Shown piece by piece: positions 39,224 through 48,278 of a DNA stretch of 64,000 nucleotides. This stretch comes from Spirochaetia bacterium. Its GTDB lineage: Bacteria; Spirochaetota; Spirochaetia; UBA9216. The translations under genes were made by a program, and so were the position numbers. The notes under the pieces are model-generated. The model did no database searches and was not told the origin of the DNA. It saw only the letters and a list, made by a program, of their open reading frames with translations. Every line of letters begins with the position of its first letter. Positions within the stretch are counted from its first letter, which is position 1. Location: positions 1,888,001 through 1,952,000 of the forward strand of contig CAXXYH010000004.1 of the NCBI GenBank assembly GCA_963677925.2, given 5' to 3'.

Positions 39224-40151
39224 AAAATTTATTCTGCTTATTTTACTTGCGACAGCTGTTCTTTCGGTTTCATGCTCAAAAGAAGCCTCTATAACAATAG
39301 CAGAGCAGTACGGGCTTGCCTATGCTCCGCTTCAGATAATGAAAGCAAAGGGATTTCTTGAAAAAGCAGTGCCCGGTCTCACGGTTAACTGGGTAAAGCT
39401 TGGAAATACTGCTGCTATAAGAGAAGCCGTACTTGCCGGTGATGTTGATGCCGGTTTTATGGGAATTCCCCCCTTTCTAATCGGCTACGATAAGGGTATG
39501 GAGTGGCAGCTTGTCACCGGCCTCAGTATCTGCCCTGTAGGGCTTGTTGCAGATCCCAACAAGATTCCGGATCTTTCTGCACTCGAACCGGGGCAAAGGA
39601 TTGCGCTTCCCCAGCCGGGCAGTATTCAGCACATCCTGCTGTCGATGGCGTCCGAGCGTGAGTTTGGAAATGCCGCCAGATTTGATTCAAGCCTTGTAAC
39701 GATGAAGCATCCTGACGGTGAGACTGCTCTTTTCTCGGGCTCTGTTGACGCTCATTTTACCTCTCCTCCGTACATCTTTGACGAAACAAGCGGGAACAAC
39801 GGTGCATTTGAGATTATCCTCACGGGTGAGGAAGCTTTCGGCGGGGAGTTCACCTTTATTGCAGGTATGGCATCAAATGCATTTATAGAAGAAAAGCCGG
39901 AACTGCTGAACGCATATTTAAGTGCACTGGATGAATCGATTGCTTTTCTCAGTACAAATGCAGCCGAGGCTGCAGAGATTCTCTCTAAATTATATGACAT
40001 CCCAGCAGATACGGTTCTTGCATATCTGTCTGAACCGGGTTTCCTCTTCACCACCGAAGTCAAAGGATATGAGCGCTTTGTTGCTTTCATGATTGAGCAG
40101 GGATACCTTTCCGGCGGCAGCTCTTATGAAGAGGCTGTTTATCAAAGATGA
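39216..40151 (+). CDS. NitT/TauT-type ABC substrate-binding lipoprotein
   Basis: Lipobox LSVSC; IAEQYGLAYAPL, IALPQPGSIQ, HFTSPPY; GTG start 39216. Confidence 0.85.
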   Translation: MAKKFILLILLATAVLSVSCSKEASITIAEQYGLAYAPLQIMKAKGFLEKAVPGLTVNWVKLGNTAAIREAVLAGDVDAGFMGIPPFLIGYDKGMEWQLVTGLSICPVGLVADPNKIPDLSALEPGQRIALPQPGSIQHILLSMASEREFGNAARFDSSLVTMKHPDGETALFSGSVDAHFTSPPYIFDETSGNNGAFEIILTGEEAFGGEFTFIAGMASNAFIEEKPELLNAYLSALDESIAFLSTNAAEAAEILSKLYDIPADTVLAYLSEPGFLFTTEVKGYERFVAFMIEQGYLSGGSSYEEAVYQR

Positions 40152-40927
40152 AAATCAGCCGGTATACATTAAGCAGTGTCCTCTGGTTCATTATACTGCT
40201 CGCTGCCTGGGAGGCTGCTTCACGAAGCGGGCTTATTTCTCCGCTTATACTGCCGAATGTTGAAGATACTCTGAGCAGCTTTTTAAAGAATCTTGTCTCG
40301 GGTGAACTTGCAGCAGGTACTGCAGTCTCACTGCTTTTTGTTCTCACCGGTATATCTGCCGGCATATTTGTCTCGATCCTGCTTGCTTCGCTTTCTTTTC
40401 AGTTTAAATTAATCAGGAGTCTCGGAAATCTTCTTACTGCAGTTTTTCATCCGCTTCCCGGAATTGCACTTATGCCGCTGTTTATCCTTTTTTTCGGTAT
40501 TGGACGGCTTACTGTTCTGATGGTTATCCTGCATTCTGTTTTATGGCCTTTGTTCATCAATATAAGTGCGGGATTTAATTCAGTTCCTGAGCTGTACAAA
40601 AAAATAGGATATAACTACGGATTCAGCCGGACTCAATTTTTTTTCAGGATAATGGTTCCTGCTGCATTTCCTCATATTTTCGCCGGCCTCCGAACCGCAT
40701 GGGCAAGAGCCTGGCGTGCTGCTATCAGTGCGGAAATGCTTTTCGGAATCACCGGAAGCGGGGGAGGTCTTGGCTGGTATATATTCAGCCGGCGGATCTT
40801 CATGGATACCCAGGGGATGTACGCCGGTATAATCATGCTTGCATTGATAGGACTTCTTGTGGAAAGTGTGCTGTTCAGGAAGATTGAGCTTAGAACACTG
40901 GTAAAATGGGGGATGTCGGAGAAATGA
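40148..40927 (+). CDS. NitT/TauT-type ABC permease
   Basis: HPLPGIALMP; GLRTAWARAWRAAISAEM. Confidence 0.9.
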   Translation: MKISRYTLSSVLWFIILLAAWEAASRSGLISPLILPNVEDTLSSFLKNLVSGELAAGTAVSLLFVLTGISAGIFVSILLASLSFQFKLIRSLGNLLTAVFHPLPGIALMPLFILFFGIGRLTVLMVILHSVLWPLFINISAGFNSVPELYKKIGYNYGFSRTQFFFRIMVPAAFPHIFAGLRTAWARAWRAAISAEMLFGITGSGGGLGWYIFSRRIFMDTQGMYAGIIMLALIGLLVESVLFRKIELRTLVKWGMSEK

Positions 40928-41661
40928 ATAAACCTGAATCTGAAAATCCCGTTCTTAGTCTTAATAAAGTCAGTTATAAATATCCGGATGGCCCTCATGT
41001 CCTGAATGATGTTTCCATATCACTTTTTAAGAGGGAGATTGTCTGTATTCTCGGTGCTTCGGGCTGCGGCAAAACAACACTTCTCAATATAGCCGCAAGT
41101 TTTCTAAGGCCTTCAGACGGCAGAGTTTTCTTTCTTGGCAAGCCTGATTCCTCTCCGGGGCCGGGACGGATTATGGTTTTTCAGGATATGAACCAGCTTT
41201 TCCCCTGGCTTGATGTGAAATCAAACATCCTGCTGCCTGTCAGGAGCCGCGGTCTATATTCAGAAAAGGCTGAGATGCTGCTTGAACTGGTGGGCCTTAC
41301 AGGTTTTGCTGATTACTATCCTGCACGGCTTTCAGGAGGGATGAAGCAGAGAGCCGTGATTGCGAGGGCTCTTATATCGGACCCGGGGGTTCTTCTGCTT
41401 GATGAACCTTTTACCGCTCTTGATGCACCAACCAGGAAGGAGCTTCAGAAGATGATACGTTCGCTGAAAAAAGGCGTAGATTCATCAGTAATGTTCGTGA
41501 CTCATGATATCCGGGAAGCAGTGCATATAGCAGACAGGGTGGTGATTATGGGCGTGGAAAGGCCTGAAGAAATTGATGTAAACATTGAAGACCGTGATAA
41601 TGAGTTTTCGGATGAATTTATCGCTCTCGAAAGAAAACTCTATTCCCTGCTGATGAAATAA
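40924..41661 (+). CDS. NitT/TauT-type ABC ATPase
   Basis: GASGCGKT, LSGGMKQR, LDEPF. Confidence 0.92.
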   Translation: MNKPESENPVLSLNKVSYKYPDGPHVLNDVSISLFKREIVCILGASGCGKTTLLNIAASFLRPSDGRVFFLGKPDSSPGPGRIMVFQDMNQLFPWLDVKSNILLPVRSRGLYSEKAEMLLELVGLTGFADYYPARLSGGMKQRAVIARALISDPGVLLLDEPFTALDAPTRKELQKMIRSLKKGVDSSVMFVTHDIREAVHIADRVVIMGVERPEEIDVNIEDRDNEFSDEFIALERKLYSLLMK

Positions 41662-43196
41662 TTATGCTTTACCTCATAGATACGGAAACTGCCGCTGCCG
41701 TTCCGTCTGTGAACCAGCCTTTCTGCATAGCCCGGACTTTTAAGCTCTCTTATCAGTACACAGTTGGCGGAAATGAAATCCTGAAGTTTCGGATACCATC
41801 CTGAAGGGTTGCCGTACATAATATTCCATACCGGTCTTGAAGCATATATATAATCTATTTCATCGGTCATGAAGATGTATCTGATCCGGTTCTTTTCTAT
41901 ATAAGCCGAGATATCCATCCCTGCATCATCCAGATGTTCCAGGTTCCGCCAGTCAAAAAGCTGACTGTCCGGAAGGACAAAGCTCAGCTGAAGTCCGCCG
42001 AGAACTGCTTCTCCCTGTTCTGTGGCGGCTGCGAGAGTTTTGCAGAAATCAGAATAGCTTTCCCTTTCATTTCTTATATCCTTCGCGATTCCGGTGATTG
42101 AATTGACTGCAAAAACTGCAATTATTATACCTGCAGCAGCTTTTAGATAAATGCCTTTCAGGCAGTTCAAAGCACCGCCAATCAGAAGCACCAGAAAGGG
42201 AACTGCAAACAGGACCGATACCGGGCTGTATTTGCCGATAAGCATGATTCCGGCATTTACAACGACCAGGCCCGTCAAGGCTTCCAGGTACAGGCTGCTC
42301 TTTCTCAGATTTCTGCAGAAGAGTCCTGTTGCAAAGGCTGCTGCTCCGGAAATAAAAAGCGGCCGTATCTCCGGAATATAATAGGTTCCGCTTATACGCA
42401 GAAAGAGTTTACGGTAAAAATCATCGAAGCCCAGAAGCTTTACAGATAGCGCATCGGATACACCTTCACTTGAGCCGTAAATTGGATATTCCGAAATGAA
42501 GTTCAGATTCATCAGCAGGCTCACAGATACAACAGCCGCAGCAGCAGCTGCTGTTACTGCAGCATAGCCGGCAAGCTCCTGTACCTTATGTTTACCCTGT
42601 ATCAGCCCGGTTATAATCATGAGTCCGGGGGGCAGGGCTGCAAGAGCCCCATACGGATGGATAAAAAATGACAGTGCTATCGGAATACCCGAAATAATTC
42701 CATTTTTAAAAGAAGTCGATTTCGCAGCTGAAACAAGATAAATTCCGGCAAGCATGAGCAGAAGGATGATAATCTCCTGCCTTGCCATATGAGCGGAATA
42801 GATAAACTGCATATCTACTGAAAGAAGGATAACCGAAGGCAGTCCGGGGAGTCTGTAGTTTTTTGCAATGCGGTAGAAGAGGTACAGACAGATGCTTGCC
42901 GAAAGCAACGATAATGTTCTGACTGCCCCTAAAGAAAAACCTCCGGACGCAATAAACAGCCCCTGCATAGCATGAAAGAAAAGCCGGACCGCGTGAGGAG
43001 TACGGTACAGCAGATCGAAAAAAGGTTCAGTTGCAGCGGCGTTCCCAGTTGAGATCATCTCTCTGCTCAGTGCTGCAAGCCAGGATTCATCGGTATGCAT
43101 GAAAGGCCAGACTGTAAGGATGAAAAAGTTAATTAACGTCCAGGCAATAATATATATGACTAAAATACTATGATATTTATCGGCATTCTGCTTCAC
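41640..43196 (-). CDS. ArnT/PMT-like (GT-C fold) membrane glycosyltransferase
   Basis: HTDE after TM1; R.LS and ARQE motifs; more than 10 TM segments; soluble C-terminal domain. Confidence 0.75.
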   Translation of the reverse strand: MKQNADKYHSILVIYIIAWTLINFFILTVWPFMHTDESWLAALSREMISTGNAAATEPFFDLLYRTPHAVRLFFHAMQGLFIASGGFSLGAVRTLSLLSASICLYLFYRIAKNYRLPGLPSVILLSVDMQFIYSAHMARQEIIILLLMLAGIYLVSAAKSTSFKNGIISGIPIALSFFIHPYGALAALPPGLMIITGLIQGKHKVQELAGYAAVTAAAAAAVVSVSLLMNLNFISEYPIYGSSEGVSDALSVKLLGFDDFYRKLFLRISGTYYIPEIRPLFISGAAAFATGLFCRNLRKSSLYLEALTGLVVVNAGIMLIGKYSPVSVLFAVPFLVLLIGGALNCLKGIYLKAAAGIIIAVFAVNSITGIAKDIRNERESYSDFCKTLAAATEQGEAVLGGLQLSFVLPDSQLFDWRNLEHLDDAGMDISAYIEKNRIRYIFMTDEIDYIYASRPVWNIMYGNPSGWYPKLQDFISANCVLIRELKSPGYAERLVHRRNGSGSFRIYEVKHNYFISRE

Positions 43197-43362
43197 AGAA
43201 TTATATTATTGGCGCCCGGTGCTGCTGTCAAGTATAGTTTTTTATCGATATTTATAAAACTTTATATTGTCTTCTGCATATTTATGGCTTATAATGAATC
43301 CGAAAACGGGCATACAACAGAATGGTTTTAAATGACATAAAATCACAATAAAACTATGTTCG

Positions 43363-43378
43363 TGTGAATTAAGTCACA
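43363..43378. promoter_or_regulatory. TGTGA-N6-TCACA palindrome (Rex- or Crp/Fnr-type box)
   Basis: TGTGA-ATTAAG-TCACA about 25 nt upstream of the first yeeE-like gene. Confidence 0.55.
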
Positions 43379-43402
43379 ACAAAAAGGATAGGAGGTGAGT
43401 TA

Positions 43403-44110
43403 ATGAGCGATGCTTCTAATAAAGATGCATCAACCGGCGGAATCCAGCGGTCTGCCCGGACCAGGACCAGAAAGAAGAAGAAAAATCAGATTCCATTCGG
43501 TATAGGTACCGGTGTAATCATGTTCATTCTCGGTGCACTTCTGTGGCTGAAGAATCCTAATCTTGGTCTTTTCTGGTTTACAGGAATTATCTTCGGATTC
43601 ATCCTGCAGAAAGCGCGGTTCTGTTTTACAGCAAGTATGCGTGATCCATCGCTTACTGGAAGTACAACGGTAACACGTGCAGTACTGATAGCCTTTGCCC
43701 TGACTTCAATCGGTTTCTGGGCAATCAAATACGGGGCTTTCAGACAGGGACTTCCAATACCGGGTCAGTCTTACGTTGTTCCTGTGAGCCTTGCAACGGC
43801 TGCGGGTGCATTTATTTTCGGTATAGGAATGGTTATCGCCGGAGGATGTGCTTCGGGAACACTTATGAGAGTAGGTGAGGGATTTATGATGCAGATCCTT
43901 TCGCTGGCTTTTTTCGTTATCGGCTCCCTTTGGGGTGCTCACGATTTCGGATGGTGGAAACTTAATGTAATAAGCAACGGCAAGGCTATATTCATGCCTG
44001 ACGTCCTTGGATGGGCAGGTGCGCTTGTAGTCCAGCTGCTTATAATTGCCTGCCTGTTTATCGCTGCGGATAAATGGGAAAACAGAAAAAATGAATCTTC
44101 GCAGCATTAG
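43403..44110 (+). CDS. YeeE/YedE (TsuA) sulfur-compound transporter, first half
   Basis: GFILQKARFCF; GAFIFGIGMVIAGGCASGTLMRVGEG. Confidence 0.88.
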   Translation: MSDASNKDASTGGIQRSARTRTRKKKKNQIPFGIGTGVIMFILGALLWLKNPNLGLFWFTGIIFGFILQKARFCFTASMRDPSLTGSTTVTRAVLIAFALTSIGFWAIKYGAFRQGLPIPGQSYVVPVSLATAAGAFIFGIGMVIAGGCASGTLMRVGEGFMMQILSLAFFVIGSLWGAHDFGWWKLNVISNGKAIFMPDVLGWAGALVVQLLIIACLFIAADKWENRKNESSQH

Positions 44111-44139
44111 AATTAACACTATATTAGAGGAGAAATAAA

Positions 44140-44367
44140 ATGGCAGAATATGAACTTGATTGTTTGGGAGAAGCTTGTCCGGTACCCCTGGTAAAGGCAG
44201 AAAAAAAACTTGCGGAACTCGCAGTAGGCGATCTGCTGATCGTTCAGATTGATCACAGCTGTGCAATGAAGAACGTTCCGGAATGGGCCAGAAAAGAGGG
44301 TCACAACGTTGAAATTGAAGAAGTTGATGACGGCGAATGGGAAGTTGTTATTGAGAAAGTAAAATAA
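44140..44367 (+). CDS. TusA/YeeD-family sulfur carrier
   Basis: LDCLGEACPVP (CPxP) motif, 75 aa. Confidence 0.92.
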   Translation: MAEYELDCLGEACPVPLVKAEKKLAELAVGDLLIVQIDHSCAMKNVPEWARKEGHNVEIEEVDDGEWEVVIEKVK

Positions 44368-44369
44368 TT

Positions 44370-44903
44370 ATGGCTTTAAAAGATAATAAATTTTATAAGC
44401 TCTGGTTCAAGGATGCCTGGCCCTATATTACGGGCGCAGTACTTTTATCAGTATTTCAGATATATACACTGGCGGCAACAGGAAGCCCTTGGGGTGTATC
44501 CGGGGTTCTCGCAAACTGGGGAGCATGGATATATGAGGCTGTCGGCGGAAGTGTTGAAAAATGGTACTACTTTGCATCCGAAGGTGCCCAGAGAACGCTT
44601 GAAAACGGATTTCTGAACCATCCGGGCAGCATGAGAAATATCGGAATTATCATAGGCGCGCTTTTTGCCAGTCTGATGGCAAGTCAGCTGAAGATAAAGA
44701 AGATTAAAACCTGGAGACAGGTCGTTGCGGCTATCCTGGGCGGACTTGCCATGGGATACGGGGCCAGAATCGGTTTCGGCTGTAATATCGGTGCGCTTTT
44801 CAGCGGTATCGCTTCATTCTCAGTTTCAGGCTGGGTTTATGCAATATTCCTCTTTGCGGGGGCATTTGTGGGAAGCAAGCTGCTTGTAAAGTTCTTTATG
44901 TAG
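44370..44903 (+). CDS. YeeE/YedE sulfur-compound transporter, second half
   Basis: PWGVS; GGLAMGYGARIGFGCNIGA..SG. Confidence 0.88.
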   Translation: MALKDNKFYKLWFKDAWPYITGAVLLSVFQIYTLAATGSPWGVSGVLANWGAWIYEAVGGSVEKWYYFASEGAQRTLENGFLNHPGSMRNIGIIIGALFASLMASQLKIKKIKTWRQVVAAILGGLAMGYGARIGFGCNIGALFSGIASFSVSGWVYAIFLFAGAFVGSKLLVKFFM

Positions 44904-44997
44904 GAAAGCTGAAAACCCTTGTCGGGATTTAAGGCTTTTTCCGGAGTTTATTTATTTTATTTAAATAAATAAACATCCACTATTATCTGGAGAAAAA

Positions 44998-46221
44998 ATG
45001 GCTAGAGAGAAGCAGATAGAAGATTATGATGTAGTGATCATCGGCGGAGGGGCCGGAGGCCTTACTGCCGGAATCTACTGCGGAAGAGCCCGGCTCAAGA
45101 CCCTTCTTATTGAAAAGGCACTTGTGGGCGGACTTGCTACATATACTAATGAGATTGAAAATTACCCCGGATTTCCGGACGGAACAACGGGTCTCGGGCT
45201 GATGAAGCTGTTTGAACAGCAGGCCAAGAAATTCGGTGTAAAATTCAAGGGTACTGACGTTAAATCCGTTGATTTCAGCGGAGAAGTCAAAAAAGTTGAG
45301 ACATTCAGAAACATCTTTCAGGCAAAGGTTGTCATTATTGCTTCCGGCGGAAGGCCCAGAACAACCGGAGCTGAAGGTGAAGAAGAATTTCTTTTTGATA
45401 AGGGAATTTCATTCTGTGCAACATGTGATGCTGCGGCTAATACAGGAAAGGATGTTCTTATCATCGGTTCCGGAGATGCCGCTATCGAAGAGGGTATGTT
45501 CCTTACAAAATTTGCAAACAAGGTCTATGTTTCTGTTATTCATGATGACGGTAAAATGGACTGTAATGAGATTGCAAAGGCTGAGGCGCTTGCCAATCCG
45601 AAAATGGAATTTCTGTGGAATACAGTTGTGAAACGGTTTGAAGGCGGAGATCACCTTGAAAATGTGGTTCTTACCAACCTGAAGACAAAGGAAGATATAA
45701 ACGTAAAGGTTCCTACCTGTTTTGAGTTTATCGGATATCTTCCAAACACTGAAATTTTCAAAGAAAAGATTACAATCACCGAGAAGGGTTATATTCCGGT
45801 ATCTGTTAACATGGAGACTACCGCACCGGGTGTTTATGCTGTTGGTGATGTTACTGATAAATTTCTGAAGCAGGTTGCTACTGCAGTAGGCGACGGTGCG
45901 ATTGCCGGCTACGCAGCTGAAAAATATATTGCTGAAGAAGAAATCTATCACAGCCAGATTCTCGGCAGGGACGGACTGGTTTTTGTTTACGATGCTTCGG
46001 AAGAAGGATGCCGTGAATGTCTTCAGGAAGTTGAAGTCCTTGAAAAGCTTCTTGAGAAGAATAATAGTCTTACCAAGATTGATATCTACAAATCAAAGGG
46101 GCTTTCAAACAGGATGAATATCACTGAGGTTCCGAAACTCGCTATTGTCAAAGGCGGAAAGATTATTAAGGTCCTTGATCAGGGATTTGATCGGGACGAT
46201 GTTCTTTCCCAGCTGAACTGA
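44998..46221 (+). CDS. trxB: Thioredoxin reductase with C-terminal thioredoxin-like extension
   Basis: IIGGGAGGLTA, IENYPGF, CATCD, GVYAVGD; extra ~95-aa tail containing CREC. Confidence 0.85.
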   Translation: MAREKQIEDYDVVIIGGGAGGLTAGIYCGRARLKTLLIEKALVGGLATYTNEIENYPGFPDGTTGLGLMKLFEQQAKKFGVKFKGTDVKSVDFSGEVKKVETFRNIFQAKVVIIASGGRPRTTGAEGEEEFLFDKGISFCATCDAAANTGKDVLIIGSGDAAIEEGMFLTKFANKVYVSVIHDDGKMDCNEIAKAEALANPKMEFLWNTVVKRFEGGDHLENVVLTNLKTKEDINVKVPTCFEFIGYLPNTEIFKEKITITEKGYIPVSVNMETTAPGVYAVGDVTDKFLKQVATAVGDGAIAGYAAEKYIAEEEIYHSQILGRDGLVFVYDASEEGCRECLQEVEVLEKLLEKNNSLTKIDIYKSKGLSNRMNITEVPKLAIVKGGKIIKVLDQGFDRDDVLSQLN

Positions 46222-46234
46222 TGGAGTTAATATC

Positions 46235-47152
46235 ATGAAGAAAAGACTGATTATACTGTCTGTTCTGTCTGTTTTACTTATTCTTTTAAGTTCGGGCTGT
46301 GGAAACGGCAAGTATGAGGAATCAGGCACGCTGATAATTGATGCTGATGATGCGCTTAAACTGGCTGCAGGCGGAGACTGGACAGTTATTGATGCACAGA
46401 AGAAGACTTCGTTCGAGAAGGAACACCTTGAGGGCGCAGTAAATATTGAGCGTGCCCAGATAACCGTATCAAAGCCAGTCGCTAATTCTCTTGCACCGGC
46501 CTTGGATATTGAAGCAGCTGCTTCTGCTGCAGGCCTGACTGCTGACTCAAATGTTATTATTTATGATGATAACAGCAACATGGATTCCGGCCGACTGGCC
46601 TGGACGCTGATGTTCTATAGTCACAAGGGACAGGTTAAAATTGTTTCAGGCGGTCTTGCTGCATTGAAGGCAGAGAGGGCATCGATTGTTTCAGGCAGGG
46701 CGACAGCTGCAAAAACTTCCTACAAGGCCGGCTCCGCTATTGAGACATTACTTGCTGATAAAGCAGAATTAGTGAAGCAGATCGATAATCCGGAAGCAGA
46801 TGTAGTTATCCTCGATGTAAGAACAGATGAAGAATATAATGCCGGAACCATACCGGGATCAATTCACATTGACTATGTTCAGAATAATTTTAAAGACGGT
46901 ACGTATAAACCGGTACAGCATATCCGCATTTTATATAAGGATGCCGGTATAATGCCTGAGGATACCATAATAATGTACTGTAAAACATCAATCAGAGCTG
47001 CAGAAACCTATGCCGCACTCTACAATGCCGGTTACCGTAACCTGAAAATATATGACGGAGCATGGCTGGAATGGAGTTCTGATAAATCTTTACCAGTGTA
47101 TATACCTGAAGTTCCGGGTAATGTCCGGATAGAAGTACAGGATGCTTCATAA
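46235..47152 (+). CDS. Tandem-domain rhodanese/sulfurtransferase lipoprotein
   Basis: Lipobox LSSGC; HLEGA, GTIPGS, YCKTSIRA active-site loop, YDGAWLEW. Confidence 0.9.
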   Translation: MKKRLIILSVLSVLLILLSSGCGNGKYEESGTLIIDADDALKLAAGGDWTVIDAQKKTSFEKEHLEGAVNIERAQITVSKPVANSLAPALDIEAAASAAGLTADSNVIIYDDNSNMDSGRLAWTLMFYSHKGQVKIVSGGLAALKAERASIVSGRATAAKTSYKAGSAIETLLADKAELVKQIDNPEADVVILDVRTDEEYNAGTIPGSIHIDYVQNNFKDGTYKPVQHIRILYKDAGIMPEDTIIMYCKTSIRAAETYAALYNAGYRNLKIYDGAWLEWSSDKSLPVYIPEVPGNVRIEVQDAS

Positions 47153-47183
47153 TTTCAGGATAAAATTAAAGGAGAAATTCGAG

Positions 47184-48107
47184 ATGAAAAAATTAACAGC
47201 TTTTTTGATTCTGCTTGCAGTACTCTTTGTTCCTGCAGCAGTGTTTGCAAACGGCGATCAGGAAGCCGCACCTGCACCCGCAGCTGAAGTAAAGGCTGCC
47301 CCGCAGGTTGATACTGTAGCTGAAGCCGCTAATGCTTATTTTGCGGAAATGCCCGGTTCAAGAATAATCGCATCAGCAGATTTATTTGCAAAAATGGATG
47401 CCGGTGAAGACATGCTTATTGTTGACATCAGAAGTGCAGCAGATTATGAAAAAGGTCACCTCAAAGGTGCAGTTAATGCTCCCTGGGGTCCTGCAATTGC
47501 AGACGCTCTTGCATGGCTTCCCGATGATAAGCCTGTTTATGTAAACTGCTACTCAGGTCAGACTGCAGGACAGACTGTTGCAGTTCTTAATGTAGCCGGA
47601 ATCCAGGCTCAGTCAGTTAAATCAGGTTGGAACTTCGGTATCTCAAAGACTGAAGGATATGAAGCCTATACAACTACTGATGCCGCCCTCACACCGGATG
47701 CTTCAGGTGTTAAATATGATGCAGCAATAAAAGTTGCTGCTGAAGAATACTTCAAGGCTATTCCTGATGCGGGCAGCAACATCTGGCCAGCTTCAAAGGT
47801 TAAAGAAGCTCTTGATGCCGAAGATGATATTACTATAGTTTCAATCAGACAGCCTGATGCATATGCCGGCGGACATGTTGAAACAGCTATTAATATTCCC
47901 TGGGCAAAGGGAATGCAGGAAAAATTCACTGCGCTTCCCAAGGATGAAGTTATTGTAGTTTACTGTTATACAGGTCAGACTGCAGGCCAGACTGTAGGTA
48001 TACTCAGACTTCTGGGATACAATGCCGTATCAATGAAAAGCGGTATGGGTTCTGCTGCAACCGGCGGAACAGGCTGGGGAGAAGAAGGTTTTCCTGTAGT
48101 TCAGTAA
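47184..48107 (+). CDS. Exported tandem rhodanese-domain protein
   Basis: Signal peptide ending FANGDQE; two domains with CYSGQTA and CYTGQTA; AAGGAG SD before ATG 47184. Confidence 0.88.
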   Translation: MKKLTAFLILLAVLFVPAAVFANGDQEAAPAPAAEVKAAPQVDTVAEAANAYFAEMPGSRIIASADLFAKMDAGEDMLIVDIRSAADYEKGHLKGAVNAPWGPAIADALAWLPDDKPVYVNCYSGQTAGQTVAVLNVAGIQAQSVKSGWNFGISKTEGYEAYTTTDAALTPDASGVKYDAAIKVAAEEYFKAIPDAGSNIWPASKVKEALDAEDDITIVSIRQPDAYAGGHVETAINIPWAKGMQEKFTALPKDEVIVVYCYTGQTAGQTVGILRLLGYNAVSMKSGMGSAATGGTGWGEEGFPVVQ

Positions 48108-48146
48108 TCAACCGCTTAAAATCGATTACAAATAGTCAGAATAGAT

Positions 48147-48180
48147 GCTGTCCGGGGATTTCCCCGGCAGCTTTTTTTTT
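48147..48180 (+). terminator. Intrinsic terminator of the sulfur operon
   Basis: GCTG(T)CCGGGG..CCCCGGCAGC followed by a long T run. Confidence 0.8.
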
Positions 48181-48278
48181 GCCGGAAACTAATTTATAAA
48201 GAAAAGTGTAAAATGTTAAAAAAAGCTGTACTTAAAGGTTAGTTTTACTTACAATAAAAAAGTTGAAAAGGAAAGGAA

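Noticed and set aside
43403-48107. Selenocysteine recoding in the YeeE/TusA/rhodanese operon
   Set aside because: All catalytic positions are Cys, and I found no in-frame TGA splitting a domain.
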